Made by a program: the position numbers and the translations under genes. The notes beneath the pieces were generated by a model that had not been told where the DNA came from, ran no database searches, and saw nothing but the letters and a program-made list of their open reading frames with translations. From a virus (Duplodnaviria > Caudoviricetes): DNA of 33,260 nt. Every line of letters starts with the position of its first letter. Within the stretch, counting starts at the first letter, position 1. This document shows positions 31,874 through 33,260 of the stretch, in pieces. The stretch lies in the IMG/VR virus record IMGVR_UViG_3300028629_000440, positions 1 to 33,260 of that record. One strand, given 5' to 3'.

Positions 31874-33260
31874 TCAAGCCTCGCCCTTGACCTTCACCGC
31901 TCCGCGCGGATCCTGCTCCTGGACCCCCACATCCAGATATCCGCGGAAGCCCATGCCGAGCATGTTGGCCGGGGCATCGACCCTTTCGATGACCGGCTCG
32001 CGGCGGCCGTTGAGGAAGACCACCTCGAAGGCCGGCAGCACCGCGGGGTTGGCGAAGAGGTACCACGCCTTGGAGCTCGCCCCGGAGAAGAAGGTGTCCG
32101 AGAGGTGCGGCGCCGAGACCACCCGGTACTTGTTGCGGTGGGGGTTGTCGGTCGGGATCTTGGTCTTCACCCCCATCGAGTCCATCATCAGCTGCGCCGC
32201 GCCGATCAGGACGTCCGCCTCGGTCTCGAGTTCGACCGGCACCACCAGGATCTCCGGCCGAACGTTGATGGGCTTCTTGTCCCGCTCCTTCGTCCCGGGT
32301 CCGGCCTTCTGCTTCCGGAAGAGCGTCCGCGCCTTGGTCAGGCTGTCCGGCCCGAAGGCGCTGTCCGCGCCGTCCAGGAAGTTGCCGTTGGGCGTGCCGA
32401 AGAAGCCGCCGGGATTGGCGAGCAAGAGCGAGAAGAAGAGCTCGTCGATCAGCTCCGCGCCGCTCCGGCCCATCTGGCTGGGGATCTCGAGGAACGCCCC
32501 GAGATCGTCGTTGATGACGTCCTTCCTGGTGAGCATCAGCATCTGGCCGTAGGTGTCGGCCTTGTTGCGGAAGCCCTGCTCACCGAGCCGGCCGTGCTTC
32601 AACTCCCCGTCCGGAGCGACCTTCTCGAAGCCCCCGGTGCCCAAGAGGCGATACCGGGTCACCTCCTTGAAGTCGCTGACCGAACCGACCTGGGCCAGCT
32701 CCAGGGCGGCAATCGGAGTCGCCTCGTAGCTGGCCAGCATCACCCGGTTCATCACCGACTCGAGGATCCCCGGCAGGCTCACCGTCGAGAACCCCGCGGT
32801 AATGGTCTCGGCCCCGTCGCCGAACACCCGGGGCACCGACATCCCCTCCATCCGGGCGCACTCGGCCACCAGTTCCCGCAGCCCGATGTGCCGCATCGGG
32901 TGCGCCGCGTCCAGCGCCCGCTCCCCGAAGACGCCGAGCAGCTTCTTGGCGTCAAGCCCCGCCGACAGGCACACCGCCGCCTCCAGCACCTTGGCCGACG
33001 GCACCGACGCCCCCGTGACCACCGCCGGCGCCTTCGGCCGGCTCGCCCGGAGCACCTCCAGCTCCGTCTTGACCACGTCCCACCCCTCGGCGATGGCCCT
33101 GGCCGCGACCTCCGCGTGGTCCTGGCCGCAGAGCTTCCGGATCGACTCGATCCGCTTGAGCTCCCCGGAGTACTCGGCCCGGAGCCCGGCGATGGCATCG
33201 GCGCCGTCCGGCGCGCCAGCGGCGCCACCCTCGGACGGGTCGGCCACCGCCACGGCAGCG
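31874..33260 (-). CDS. major capsid protein, Mu gpT-like (5' end beyond the window)
   Basis: SVSDFKEVTRYRL..FEKVAPDGELKHG...TYGQMLMLTRKDVINDDLGAF...FEVVFLNGRREP...DPRGAVK. The frame stays open to the window edge. Confidence 0.92.
   Translation of the reverse strand, partial: AAVAVADPSEGGAAGAPDGADAIAGLRAEYSGELKRIESIRKLCGQDHAEVAARAIAEGWDVVKTELEVLRASRPKAPAVVTGASVPSAKVLEAAVCLSAGLDAKKLLGVFGERALDAAHPMRHIGLRELVAECARMEGMSVPRVFGDGAETITAGFSTVSLPGILESVMNRVMLASYEATPIAALELAQVGSVSDFKEVTRYRLLGTGGFEKVAPDGELKHGRLGEQGFRNKADTYGQMLMLTRKDVINDDLGAFLEIPSQMGRSGAELIDELFFSLLLANPGGFFGTPNGNFLDGADSAFGPDSLTKARTLFRKQKAGPGTKERDKKPINVRPEILVVPVELETEADVLIGAAQLMMDSMGVKTKIPTDNPHRNKYRVVSAPHLSDTFFSGASSKAWYLFANPAVLPAFEVVFLNGRREPVIERVDAPANMLGMGFRGYLDVGVQEQDPRGAVKVKGEA

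Larger units (their letters stand above)
7088..33260. mobile_element. prophage (right part beyond the window) with defence cargo next to the tail end
   Basis: Bounded on the left by the tRNA-Asn remnant. Defence genes at 7.5-22.6 kb. Contiguous virion genes from 22808 to the window end. No integrase in view. Confidence 0.6.

Noticed and set aside
22808-33260. Contractile injection system, tailocin or transposable Mu phage
   Set aside because: A capsid gene is present and there is no sheath or baseplate. A gpT-like capsid alone does not imply Mu transposition, and the tRNA remnant points to site-specific integration.

Overview
GC-rich bacterial window; the prophage proteins and HEAT-repeat paralogues suggest a Planctomycetota host (inference). 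There are three zones. (1) 1-6680: a minus-strand array of membrane-anchored HEAT-like proteins and lipoproteins. They reuse a ~105-bp leader cassette, a conserved C-terminal tail/GTGA junction and a repeated promoter-like motif. (2) ~6970-22800: a terminator and a 3' tRNA-Asn remnant (probable att end), then a ~15.7-kb defence island. It holds an NDT/TIR-like-wHTH gene, a HEPN-like orphan, a four-gene MTase + PRTase-like + ORC/CDC6-like ATPase + Rossmann/CARF-like operon, a TerB-N/TerB/TerB-C + DUF2791 ATPase + Lhr helicase operon, and a convergent type II R-M pair. Module boundaries carry a split repeat (X-R ... L-R ... L-Y around a TTGGGGC core) that looks like tandem cassette integration. 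(3) 22808-33260: late genes of a non-contractile-tail prophage on the minus strand (Mu gpT-like capsid to tape measure and tail tip), including a likely -1 frameshift chaperone and a small lysis-like cluster split by an HNH gene. All family calls come from motif recognition by eye, not database searches.
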